A DNA stretch of 64,000 bases, taken from Clostridia bacterium (GTDB taxonomy: Bacteria > Bacillota > Clostridia > Christensenellales > CAG-138). Where the stretch lies: assembly GCA_017619735.1 (NCBI GenBank), contig JAFZRT010000007.1, positions 14,703 through 78,702 of the forward strand, in the 5' to 3' direction. Shown here one piece after another: positions 44,272-52,420 of the stretch. Numbering within the stretch: the stretch's first letter is position 1; every line of letters begins with the position of its first letter. The notes below the pieces were generated by a model, which saw nothing but the letters and a program-made list of their open reading frames with translations, was not told the DNA's origin and did not search any database. The position numbers and the translations under genes were made by a program.

Positions 44272-45093
44272 TCACAGTCTCTCAAGGAACTCGGTCACGT
44301 AGGAGGAGAGCCGGTTCGAAGCGGCGTTGCCCGCCTCTATGACCTCCTCGCCGGAGAGGGGCTTGTCCAGTATCCCGGCGGCCATGTTGGTAACGAGGGT
44401 GATGCCGAGTATCCTCATGCCGCAGTGCCTTGCGGCTATGCACTCGGGCACGGTGCTCATGCCGACGGCGTCCGCGCCGAGCAGACGCATCGCGCGGATC
44501 TCGGCCGGGGTCTCGTATTGCGGGCCGGTGCAGTAGAAGTACACGCCCTCGTGGATATTCTCGCCGTGCGACTCTGCGATCTCGCGGAAGAGGGCCATGT
44601 AGTCGCGGTCGAATACGCGGCTCATGTCGGGGAAGCGCGGGCCGAATTCATCGATATTGGGCCCGATGAGCGGATTAACGGCGTTGAGCTTGATAAAGTC
44701 GTTTATCAGCATGAGCTCGCCCGGCTTGAAGCCGGTGTTTATCCCGCCCGCGGCGTTGGTCACTATCAGCTTTTCGATGCCCATGAGCCGTGCCAAGCGG
44801 ATGGGGAAAACGGCGTCCTCGGCAGCCCAGCCCTCGTAAAAATGGAGGCGGCCCTGCATCATCAGCACGTTCTTCCCTCCGAGCACCCCCGCGAGGAAGC
44901 GGCCCTTGTGGCCGGGCGCGGTCGAATACTTCATGTGCGGTATCTCGCTGTAGGGAACGGCGATGGGATCGTCGAGCCTGGAGCCGAGATCGCCCAGGCC
45001 GGAGCCCAGTATTATCAGCACCTCGGGGCAGAACTCGCCCAGCTTCCTGCAAAGCGTCTTTGCGCTTTCGACGTAATCCTCGTACTTAAGCAT
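44272..45093 (-). CDS. punA: Purine nucleoside phosphorylase (trimeric PNP/MTAP family)
   Basis: ILGSGLG, MMQGRLHFYEG, GPQYETPAE, GADAVGMSTVPE and VTNMAAG motifs. Confidence 0.88.
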   Translation of the reverse strand: MLKYEDYVESAKTLCRKLGEFCPEVLIILGSGLGDLGSRLDDPIAVPYSEIPHMKYSTAPGHKGRFLAGVLGGKNVLMMQGRLHFYEGWAAEDAVFPIRLARLMGIEKLIVTNAAGGINTGFKPGELMLINDFIKLNAVNPLIGPNIDEFGPRFPDMSRVFDRDYMALFREIAESHGENIHEGVYFYCTGPQYETPAEIRAMRLLGADAVGMSTVPECIAARHCGMRILGITLVTNMAAGILDKPLSGEEVIEAGNAASNRLSSYVTEFLERL

Positions 45094-46162
45094 CTTTGTT
45101 CTCCGTCCTTGCTTTTTTTCTTTGGAATGCTTTATTGAAGTTCTCCTCGAAGGGGGCCGTCACGATCCCCTCCTCGGTGACTATACCGGTTATCAGACGG
45201 TGGTCGACGACGTCGAAAGCGGGGTTGTAGACCTTTATGCCCTCGGGCGCCATGCGCTTCTCGAAATAGAGCTCGGTTATCTCGTTCGGGTCGCGCTCCT
45301 CGATCCTTATGTCCTTTCCGCTCGCGGCGCCCATGTCGACGGTCGAGAGCGGCGCGAACATGTAGAAGGGTATCCCGTAGTGGTCGGCAAGCACGGCGAG
45401 CGACGATGAGCCGATCTTGTTCGCCGCGTCGCCGCAGCGGGAGGCGCGGTCGCAGCCGATGAACACCGCGCTGATCCGGCCTTCCTTCATGACCTGACCC
45501 GCCATATTGTCGCAGATGAGGGTCACGTCGACGCCCGCGTTATGCAGTTCGAACGCGGTGAGGCGGGCCCCCTGCAGGAGCGGCCTCGTCTCGTCGGCGA
45601 AGACCTTTATGTCCATGCCGCGCTCCTTGGCAAGGAGTATCGGCCCGAGCGCGGTGCCGTAGCGGCTCGTTGCGAGAGGCCCCGCGTTGCAGTGGGTCAG
45701 CACGCAGTCCCCGTCCTTTATCAGCGACAGCCCGTATTCGCTTATCCGCAGATTGGATGCGATATCCTCCTCGTGTATGGCTTTCGCCTCGGCGAAAAGG
45801 CGCTCGACTATCTCCTCACGCGGGAGCAGAGCGTTTTTGCGCAGGGTCTGGCGCATCCTTTCGAGCGCCCAGAAGAGGTTGACGGCCGTCGGACGGGAGG
45901 AGGCGAGGTACCTCTCCGCGTCGTCCATGCGGCGGAAGAAATCGGGCTCTTCCATATCCTCCTTCGCGCAGAGACAATAGCCGTACGCCGCGGCGATGCC
46001 TATCGCGGGCGCGCCGCGCACGCGGAGCCGGCTTATCGCCTCGAAAAGCTCCTCACGCGAGCGCAGCTCAATATACTCGAGCTCGCCGGGGAGCTTCGTC
46101 TGGTCGATTATCACGAGCGAATCGCCCGACTCGCTCAATCTTATGTTGGTAAGTTCTTCCAT
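45086..46162 (-). CDS. mtnA: S-methyl-5-thioribose-1-phosphate isomerase
   Basis: IIDQTKLPGELEYIEL, VRGAPAIGIAAAYG, TRPLLQGARLTAFEL, GCDR..CGDAANKIG and NPAFDV motifs of the eIF-2B/MtnA family. Confidence 0.9.
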   Translation of the reverse strand: MEELTNIRLSESGDSLVIIDQTKLPGELEYIELRSREELFEAISRLRVRGAPAIGIAAAYGYCLCAKEDMEEPDFFRRMDDAERYLASSRPTAVNLFWALERMRQTLRKNALLPREEIVERLFAEAKAIHEEDIASNLRISEYGLSLIKDGDCVLTHCNAGPLATSRYGTALGPILLAKERGMDIKVFADETRPLLQGARLTAFELHNAGVDVTLICDNMAGQVMKEGRISAVFIGCDRASRCGDAANKIGSSSLAVLADHYGIPFYMFAPLSTVDMGAASGKDIRIEERDPNEITELYFEKRMAPEGIKVYNPAFDVVDHRLITGIVTEEGIVTAPFEENFNKAFQRKKARTENKDA

Positions 46163-46166
46163 TTTT

Positions 46167-46490
46167 TCACAGTATGAATTGCAGAAGGAGCAGCAGCAGC
46201 ACTCCGGGTATCCCGAGGAACCCCGCGACGAGCGAGGTCGCCCATGTGATGGGGATCTTGAAGAAGGTCATTTTGAGATACGTTACGAAGACTATGTCGA
46301 AAAGGCAGAGCATGCCCGCTCCTATAATCCCGTTTATGAGTATCTTCCAAAGGATCTTCGAAGTGACTCCGAGCAGCTTGAAAAACAGGAACGTCAGCGC
46401 GAGCACCGCGCAGACGACGATCAGCGGTATGTACTCGCTTATCTGTATGTTCAGCGTTTCGGAGACGGCGGAGGCAAAATCCGTGCTCAT
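46167..46490 (-). CDS. bofA: Pro-sigmaK processing inhibitor BofA-like membrane protein
   Basis: Small protein with 2-3 TM helices (NGIIGAGMLCLFDIV ... LVAGFLGIPGVLLLLL). It lies directly downstream of a yaaL-like gene, as in the B. subtilis recR-yaaL-bofA arrangement. Confidence 0.7.
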   Translation of the reverse strand: MSTDFASAVSETLNIQISEYIPLIVVCAVLALTFLFFKLLGVTSKILWKILINGIIGAGMLCLFDIVFVTYLKMTFFKIPITWATSLVAGFLGIPGVLLLLLLQFIL

Positions 46491-46517
46491 TGCGATCCAA
46501 TCCTTTCTTTTAAGGGA

Positions 46518-46706
46518 TCATTCTTCCTCCCGCAGGCAGCCGAATCTTCGCCTCGCGGCTTCCAGCTGCATTGCGGCGTATTCCGTTTCGGCGCGGCTCT
46601 CCGCGCCGTCAAAGAGCTTTTCACTGCGCATCCATTGAAGGAGCGCCGAGCGGAGCCCGTTATCTTCCGCCCTTTCGGCGGGTCTCGCTTTGGCCTTGTT
46701 TTTCAC
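46518..46706 (-). CDS. YaaL-like DUF2508 small protein
   Basis: GTG start at 46706 with a GGAGGG RBS 9 nt upstream. The 62-aa helical protein ends ...ETEYAAMQLEAARRRFGCLREEE, similar to the DUF2508 C-terminus. It pairs with bofA. Confidence 0.5.
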   Translation of the reverse strand: MKNKAKARPAERAEDNGLRSALLQWMRSEKLFDGAESRAETEYAAMQLEAARRRFGCLREEE

Positions 46707-46759
46707 TGCAATATCACCCTCCTCGCGGTCACTGATAATTATTGCAGCTTGAAGGCCTT

Positions 46760-47503
46760 TTATTCCGACAGCGCCGCGGCTCCGCCCGAATAAGTCAAAA
46801 TGCTCGTCCCGGCGACCTCGGGGAATACATGCATATCGCCGTCGGGAGCGTCCTTCGCGGCGAATCGCTCGTAACGCAGCCCGTCGGGCGCGATCTCGGC
46901 GCAGCCCAGCATGCCGCCGCGCTCGACCCGCATAACGTACCCCGATTCCGTAAGGGCGACGGTCATTATGATCGTTTCGCCGTCCGCGGTATAGGCGCAT
47001 TTTAAGTCGGTGCCGGAGGTCAGAGTGCCGACGAGCTCGTCCCCGTTATCGAACGCGTATGAGAAGGAGTTCATATGCCGCAGCTGTCCGCTGCCCGCGT
47101 ACGCGCCCGTGAAAGTGCCGGAGAAGGTCGATCTGCCCTCGTCCTGCGTGAGCATGCCGACCGTGACGAAGAGCCTCGATACGAGCGCCTCGTCCCCGGC
47201 GAGCGCGGCGTAGAGCCCGGTCAGCTCCGCGTCCCCGCTCATGAAAACGGAATCGAGCAGCCCCGCCGACGCCCTGCCGTATTCCGAAATGAATCCGGTA
47301 AGGAATATGAAGACGGGATTGGTCTTCTCCGTCGGGAGCGGCTCGTCGGTCGGAGACAATGTCGGCTCGAGCAGCGGGGCGTCGGTCGTCTTCGTGCCGG
47401 CGTCCTTTATCGCGCCGCTTATCCTCGCGCAGCCGGAAAGCATGCAGGCGGCCGCCGCGAGCAGGGCGATGAAGCAGTATGCTTTTTTTGCCTTGCTCCT
47501 CAT
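46760..47503 (-). CDS. Putative lipoprotein, function unknown
   Basis: Lipobox signal CFIALLAAAACMLSGC. 4-nt overlap with the ahcY stop. Confidence 0.6.
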   Translation of the reverse strand: MRSKAKKAYCFIALLAAAACMLSGCARISGAIKDAGTKTTDAPLLEPTLSPTDEPLPTEKTNPVFIFLTGFISEYGRASAGLLDSVFMSGDAELTGLYAALAGDEALVSRLFVTVGMLTQDEGRSTFSGTFTGAYAGSGQLRHMNSFSYAFDNGDELVGTLTSGTDLKCAYTADGETIIMTVALTESGYVMRVERGGMLGCAEIAPDGLRYERFAAKDAPDGDMHVFPEVAGTSILTYSGGAAALSE

Positions 47504-48741
47504 TCGGCGCCGAGATAGGCTTCCTGCTCCGGGGTGAGGACGTCGAGCCCCAGTCCCATCGCTCCGAGCTTTATCATGGCGACGCTGCGGTCGATGCTTT
47601 CGGGCACGCTGTAAAGCCCCGGCGCGAGCCCGCGTCCGTGCTTCGCAAGGTATTCGGCGGAGAGCGCCTGAATAGCGAAGCTGAGATCCATTATCTCCGC
47701 GGGGTGGCCGTTGCCGGCGGTGATGTTGACGAGGCGGCCCTCTGCCATGAGGTTCAGTATCCTGCCGTCGGGCATTACGTAGCCGTCTATGAAGGGCTTG
47801 CGTTCGATCTTCTTAACGGCCATCTTCTCCAGATCGGTGCGGGACACCTCAACGTCGAAATGGCCGGAGTTGGCGAGCAGCACGCCGTCCTTCATCTTTT
47901 CGAAATGACGGGCGGTGATGACGTCCCTGCAGCCGGTGGCGGTGACGAAGATGTCGCCGAGCGGCGCGGCGTCGTCCATCTTCATTACGCGGAACCCGTC
48001 CATTGCCGCTTCGAGCGCGCGGAAGGGGTTTACCTCGGTGACTATGACGTTCGCGCCGAGGCCCTTCGCCCGCATGGCGATACCGCTGGAGCAGAAGCCG
48101 TAGCCGGCGACGACGACGGTCTTGCCCGTCACCATGTTGTTGGTGGTGTACATTATCGCGTCCCACGTGCTCTGGCCGGTGCCGTGGCGGTTATCGAACA
48201 GATGTTTGCAGTTCGCGTCGTTGACAGCCATCATGGGGAAGCGGAGATTGCCGTTTTTGACCCTTGCGCGGAGCTTCAGTATGCCGGTGGTGGTCTCCTC
48301 GCAGCCGCCGATGAGATTCTCGGCGTATTCGGGATGCTCGTCGTGGAGCATCGAAACGAACTCGCCGCCGTCGTCGATGACAACGTGGGGCTTGAACTCG
48401 AGCGTCTGCCTGATATGCTCATGATATTCCTCCGGCGTGGCTCCGAACCAGGCGTAGACGTTCATACCGTCCTCGGCGAGGGCGGCGCAGATATCGTCCT
48501 TGGTGGAGAGGGGATTGCTGCCTGTTATGGCGACCTCGGCGCCGCCTTCGCGCAGGAGCAGGCCGAGATATGCGGTCTTCGCCTCAAGATGCACGCAGAC
48601 GGAAACGCGCAGCCCGCTGAAGGGCTTTTCACGGCGGAACCTCTCGCCGAGCTCCTTGAGGACGGGCATATAGCTCTTTACCCATTCGATGCGCTTGTGA
48701 CCGAGCGGGGCAAGTGTGATATCGCGTATGGAACAGCTCAT
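47500..48741 (-). CDS. ahcY: Adenosylhomocysteinase (short archaeal/Firmicute type)
   Basis: EETTTG, the NAD-binding VVAGYGFCSSGIA, and GHFDVE motifs; 413 aa. Confidence 0.93.
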   Translation of the reverse strand: MSCSIRDITLAPLGHKRIEWVKSYMPVLKELGERFRREKPFSGLRVSVCVHLEAKTAYLGLLLREGGAEVAITGSNPLSTKDDICAALAEDGMNVYAWFGATPEEYHEHIRQTLEFKPHVVIDDGGEFVSMLHDEHPEYAENLIGGCEETTTGILKLRARVKNGNLRFPMMAVNDANCKHLFDNRHGTGQSTWDAIMYTTNNMVTGKTVVVAGYGFCSSGIAMRAKGLGANVIVTEVNPFRALEAAMDGFRVMKMDDAAPLGDIFVTATGCRDVITARHFEKMKDGVLLANSGHFDVEVSRTDLEKMAVKKIERKPFIDGYVMPDGRILNLMAEGRLVNITAGNGHPAEIMDLSFAIQALSAEYLAKHGRGLAPGLYSVPESIDRSVAMIKLGAMGLGLDVLTPEQEAYLGAE

Positions 48742-48775
48742 TGGGATCCTCCCGTAAACATATTTTCACAAATCG

Positions 48776-48784
48776 ATTATAGCA
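48776..48784 (-). promoter_or_regulatory. Extended -10 element (TGCTATAAT) upstream of ahcY
   Basis: Minus-strand TGCTATAAT about 35 nt before the ATG. No convincing -35 element. Confidence 0.4.
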
Positions 48785-48920
48785 TAAAACCCGCCCTAAA
48801 GCAAGCGAAACGGGGCGGGGGCGGGCTTCCTCGGCCGCGGGAGGGGACCGCGGGCCCCGCGCTTTTCCGCCGAAAGCGCGAAATATACCGCCCGGGCGGC
48901 TTTTTTGCCGAAGCAGACTA

Positions 48921-48949
48921 TTGACAAAGGGGCGGCGCGGGTTTATAGT
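48921..48949 (+). promoter_or_regulatory. Sigma-A promoter driving the THF riboswitch and folT-folC
   Basis: TTGACA, 17 nt, TATAGT. Confidence 0.65.
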
Positions 48950-48952
48950 ATT

Positions 48953-49070
48953 GCCGCTGAAGAGTAAAGCAGCGTTCGTTAAGTGTTGGCCGGACGGGGA
49001 GTTGTCGGCCGAACGAAAAGCCGCACGGCGGCTTGCGGAGCGCGGCTTGCATCCCGCTTCATAGGGCAGC
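48953..49070 (+). promoter_or_regulatory. THF-I (folT-type) riboswitch aptamer
   Basis: GAAGAGUAAAGCAGCGUUCGUUAAGUGU...GGGGAGUUGUC...GAACGAAAAGC...GGAGCGCGGCUUGCAUCCCGCUUC aligns with the Eubacterium siraeum THF aptamer blocks AGAGUAG, CGUUAAGUGU, GGGAUGUC, AACGAAGC, GAGCGCGG and UGCAUCCGCUC. It sits upstream of a folate transporter gene. Confidence 0.85.
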
Positions 49071-49086
49071 CAAAGAGTGCTTTATG

Positions 49087-49123
49087 CCTCCTTCCCATGT
49101 CGTATGAATGTGGCGGAAGGAGG
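49087..49123 (+). promoter_or_regulatory. SD-sequestering hairpin (riboswitch expression platform)
   Basis: CCTCCTTCC (49087-49095) is the exact reverse complement of GGAAGGAGG (49115-49123). The latter is the SD, 7 nt before the ATG at 49131. Confidence 0.7.
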
Positions 49124-49130
49124 TTTTATT

Positions 49131-50990
49131 ATGTCTTCAACAAAGAAAAACGGCGGCATGACCCCCCGCGCGCTGAGGGCGATGATAATCATGGCCATGC
49201 TGATAGCCATGACCGTGGTGCTCGACCGAACGCCCGGTCTGTCCATAAAAACGCCCGGCTGGAAGATCGGCTTCTCGTTCATTCCGCCCATGATAGCCGC
49301 AATGCTGCTCGGCCCGATCGAGAGCGCGATCGTCTACGGCCTTTCCGATCTCATCGGCGCGCTGCTCTTCCCGTTCGGGCCGTACCATCCCGGCTTCACG
49401 GCCGTCGCCGCGCTCATGGGCTTCATAATGGGCCTGTTCCTCAACAAGCGCCCGCTCGCCTTCGCTCGGAGCGAAAGGGAGTGGAGCGGCATACGCTTCT
49501 TCCCGAACATGCTCCTGCCCGTGGCGATCAACTGCCTGCTGCTGGGCCTCGTGGTCAACACCGTCTGGGTCGCCCAGCTCTACGGCTCCAAGACCTACGC
49601 CGGCTGGTTCACGTACCGCCTGGCCGAATACGCTATACTCGTGCCCGTTCAGCTCGTGCTGATACCCGCGCTCCTGAAGCTCTGCGATCTCATCAAGCGC
49701 TCCGGCAGCCTTAAGCTCGACCGCAGGGGCTCCGAAGCCCGCCTGAAGGAGATCTCCCGGAACGAGAGCATACTCGGCCTCGAAAGGGTGACGGAGCTCC
49801 TGTCCCTCATGGGCGATCCGCAGGACAGGACCCCCGTCGTGCACGTCGCCGGCACCAACGGCAAGGGCTCCTTTACCGCCATGCTCGCCTCCGTGCTGAA
49901 GGCCGCGGGGCTCAAGGTCGGCACATTCACATCCCCCGCGATAACGGGCGTCACCGATCCCTTCCGCATCGACGGCGAACGCATAGACGACGCTCAGCTC
50001 GACTCCCTGCTCGAAAGGATAGAGCCGCTCTCCGCCTCCATGGAGGAGAAGCCCACCGAGTTCGAGGTCATGACCGCCGCCGCATATCAGCTCTTTGCCG
50101 ATGAGCAGTGTGATATCGCCGTGGTCGAATGCGGCCTAGGCGGAGCGGGCGATTCCACGAACGTGGTCTCCTCGCCCCTCCTTTCCGTGATCACCAACGT
50201 CGAGCTCGACCATACCGGCAGGCTCGGCTCCACCACCGCGAAGATCGCCGTCCACAAGGCCGGCATAATCAAGAGCGGCTGTCCCGTGCTGTTCGGCGGC
50301 ACCGATCCCGACGCGGACGAGGTCATCGCCCGCACCGCCGCGGAAAAGCGCGCGCCACTTACCCGCACCGATCATTCGCGGCTCGGCTTCGTCCGCTGCG
50401 GCCTCGACGGTACTGATATGGAGTTCTCCGGCTTCGGCAGTCTGCATTTGTCGCTCCTCGGCGAGTATCAGCCGAAGAACGCCGCGAACGTGCTCACCGC
50501 CGTCGAGCTCCTGCGCGAGAGCGGTCTCGACATCCCCGACGACGCCGTGAGGGAGGGCCTCGCGAACGCCTACTGGCCCGCAAGGTTCGAGCTCCTGCGC
50601 CGCGATCCCATAGTCGTTTTCGACGGCTCGCACAACCCCGACGGGATAGGCCTCGCCGCGAAGAGCATCGGCAGCTGCCTGCCCGGCGGCAGGGCCGCCG
50701 CGCTCATGTCCGTCATGGCGGACAAGGATTACGAAAGCTATCCCGCTCTGCTCAGGGGCAGCGTGGTCCGCGTATTCGCCGTGCGTCCCGCGCTTGACCG
50801 CGCTCTCGACGCCGACCGGCTCAAGGCGGTGTTCGAAAGGGGCGGCATCCCCGCGGAATCGTTCGACAGCTTTGACGACGGCGTCCGCGCGGCTTACGCC
50901 TACGCAAAGGAGAACGGCGTACCGCTCGTCGCCATGGGCACGCTCTACATGTACAAGGAGTTCCTTGAGGCGCTCGAAACGGTCGGATGA
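49131..50990 (+). CDS. Fusion protein: folate-family ECF S component (FolT) plus folylpolyglutamate synthase/dihydrofolate synthase (FolC)
   Basis: Start set at the ATG at 49131 after the SD; the ORF-track start at 49077 lies inside the expression platform. The N-terminal ~190 aa are FolT-like (IGFSFIPPMIAAMLLGPIESAIVYGLSDLIGALLFPFGPYHPGFT). The rest is FolC (HVAGTNGKGS P-loop, VVECGLGG, ITNVELDH, DGSHNPDG). Confidence 0.85.
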   Translation: MSSTKKNGGMTPRALRAMIIMAMLIAMTVVLDRTPGLSIKTPGWKIGFSFIPPMIAAMLLGPIESAIVYGLSDLIGALLFPFGPYHPGFTAVAALMGFIMGLFLNKRPLAFARSEREWSGIRFFPNMLLPVAINCLLLGLVVNTVWVAQLYGSKTYAGWFTYRLAEYAILVPVQLVLIPALLKLCDLIKRSGSLKLDRRGSEARLKEISRNESILGLERVTELLSLMGDPQDRTPVVHVAGTNGKGSFTAMLASVLKAAGLKVGTFTSPAITGVTDPFRIDGERIDDAQLDSLLERIEPLSASMEEKPTEFEVMTAAAYQLFADEQCDIAVVECGLGGAGDSTNVVSSPLLSVITNVELDHTGRLGSTTAKIAVHKAGIIKSGCPVLFGGTDPDADEVIARTAAEKRAPLTRTDHSRLGFVRCGLDGTDMEFSGFGSLHLSLLGEYQPKNAANVLTAVELLRESGLDIPDDAVREGLANAYWPARFELLRRDPIVVFDGSHNPDGIGLAAKSIGSCLPGGRAAALMSVMADKDYESYPALLRGSVVRVFAVRPALDRALDADRLKAVFERGGIPAESFDSFDDGVRAAYAYAKENGVPLVAMGTLYMYKEFLEALETVG

Positions 50991-51003
50991 CGGAACAAAA
51001 AAC

Positions 51004-51032
51004 AAAGGACGGAGATCTTTCCCGTCCTTTTT
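51004..51032. terminator. Bidirectional intrinsic terminator (folC / TPM gene)
   Basis: Stem AAAGGACGG / CCGTCCTTT with a 9-nt loop, flanked by A-run and T-run. Confidence 0.65.
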
Positions 51033-51049
51033 GCATGCTTTTTTCAGCT

Positions 51050-52420
51050 TCAGAAATCCCTGCCGCTGCCGGAATGGCTCGTGCCGGAGGAGCCGGAATA
51101 GCCGCCGCTGTATGAGGAGCCGCCGCCTCCGCCGCCGGAGTGGCCCTCGCGCTCCTGCACTATGGGGCTGTATACGCGCGACTCGGTGGTGTGGGTGAAT
51201 ATGTCGCTGCCGCCGCCTATCATGAGCCTGTCGCGGACGAGGTGATCGCTCGCTTCATATGCCGTGCGGACCGTCCTCATGGAGCGCTTGGCCTTGCTCG
51301 ACGAGATCGCGGAGCCGATTATCGAGATGACGCCCGCAAAGGCGGAGCGGATCGCCCAGACTATCGGCGTGCGCGGCACGCGGCCGGTCTTCAGGGTGCG
51401 GTCGAGATACGAGAGCCACCTGTCGGCCGCCTTGAAGAGATCGCCCTCCTCGGCGGGATCGGCCACCGCCTCCAGAAGGAGTTCGGTGTTCCTGTCGTTC
51501 AGCTTATCCTGCAGCCCGGGGGAGGAGTACATGTTCGAAGATCTGCTCTGGGTGAAGAGCGTGAGCTGCGTACCCTCAAAGCTGTCGCCCAGGCCGTAGC
51601 CCCTGTAGCGGAAGAAGGCGTCGGTATAGCTCTTCCGCGTGAGGCCGTATGTGTTGTCGGTGGTGTGGACCACGACGTCGACTCCGTATTTCTGCGAGAT
51701 CGCGGCGGCCTTTTCCTCAAGATATTTGACCTGATCCGCGGTGAAGACGTGACCGTCGTCGACCACTCGCGGGGCTTCCGTGTCATGCGTGCGGACGAAG
51801 GGCTCGTTTATGGAGGGGAACCATTCGGGAGCGAAGGGGTACCCCTTTTCGAGAAGAGTGCCGATATTGCCGACCCAGTCGTAAATGCCGTCAAAGTAGC
51901 GGCCGCTGCCCAGATACGAGTAGAGCACGTCGTCTATGTCGTTGGCGTTCTCCTCGGTATAGAGGGAGCGGGGACGGCTGCCGGTGACGCAGCACCAGCC
52001 GCCGCGGGACTGCGGATCCATGCAGATAAACAGGCAGAAGCCGTCGTGCTCGGGACCTATGCCGTAGCCGTTGAAGTCGTAAAAGTCGGCGGCGTATACG
52101 GCCCTTTCGAGCCCGTGGGTGGAAACGTCGGTGAATACGACGATGTCCGCGGCGTTTTTCGCGGAGACCTCCGCTATCCGGGCGGATATCGCGGCCTCCT
52201 CCTCGTCGGTCAGTATGTCGGCGTCGTCGACCACGCGCGGCGCGTCGGGGGAGGCGGGAGTGAACTCCCACTCATCGACGTTTTCGGGATACCAGTCGGG
52301 CATCTCCCCGTCAGAGGGCGCCTCCTCCGCAAGCGCGGGAAGGCACGCGAATACGAGGAATGCTATGAACAGTATGACAAGCGCTTTTTTCAATGTGTTC
52401 ATGGCCGTGCTCCTTAACAA
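51050..52420 (-). CDS. Secreted/membrane protein with two TPM (YgcG-like) domains and a Gly/Ser-rich tail
   Basis: Signal peptide. Two repeats begin APRVVDDADILTDEEEAAISARI and APRVVDDGHVFTADQVKYLEEKA. C-terminal TM helix then GGGGGSSYSGGYSGSSGTSHSGSG. Confidence 0.75.
   Translation of the reverse strand: MLRSTAMNTLKKALVILFIAFLVFACLPALAEEAPSDGEMPDWYPENVDEWEFTPASPDAPRVVDDADILTDEEEAAISARIAEVSAKNAADIVVFTDVSTHGLERAVYAADFYDFNGYGIGPEHDGFCLFICMDPQSRGGWCCVTGSRPRSLYTEENANDIDDVLYSYLGSGRYFDGIYDWVGNIGTLLEKGYPFAPEWFPSINEPFVRTHDTEAPRVVDDGHVFTADQVKYLEEKAAAISQKYGVDVVVHTTDNTYGLTRKSYTDAFFRYRGYGLGDSFEGTQLTLFTQSRSSNMYSSPGLQDKLNDRNTELLLEAVADPAEEGDLFKAADRWLSYLDRTLKTGRVPRTPIVWAIRSAFAGVISIIGSAISSSKAKRSMRTVRTAYEASDHLVRDRLMIGGGSDIFTHTTESRVYSPIVQEREGHSGGGGGGSSYSGGYSGSSGTSHSGSGRDF

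Noticed and set aside
48742-48920. A possible SAH or SAM riboswitch upstream of ahcY, plus a terminator-like hairpin GCCGCCCGGGCGGC followed by T6 at about 48889-48906.
   Set aside because: The minus-strand sequence lacks the SAH-riboswitch blocks I remember (GAGGAGCGCUGC ... AACGGCGCUCAC) and the SAM-I features. The hairpin sits between divergent promoters with no gene to terminate. It remains an unexplained GC-rich structure and is not annotated.
49077-49130. The ORF-track start at 49077 for the FolT-FolC gene.
   Set aside because: That start lies inside the riboswitch expression platform, upstream of the SD GGAAGGAGG. The ATG at 49131, 7 nt after the SD, is the credible start.
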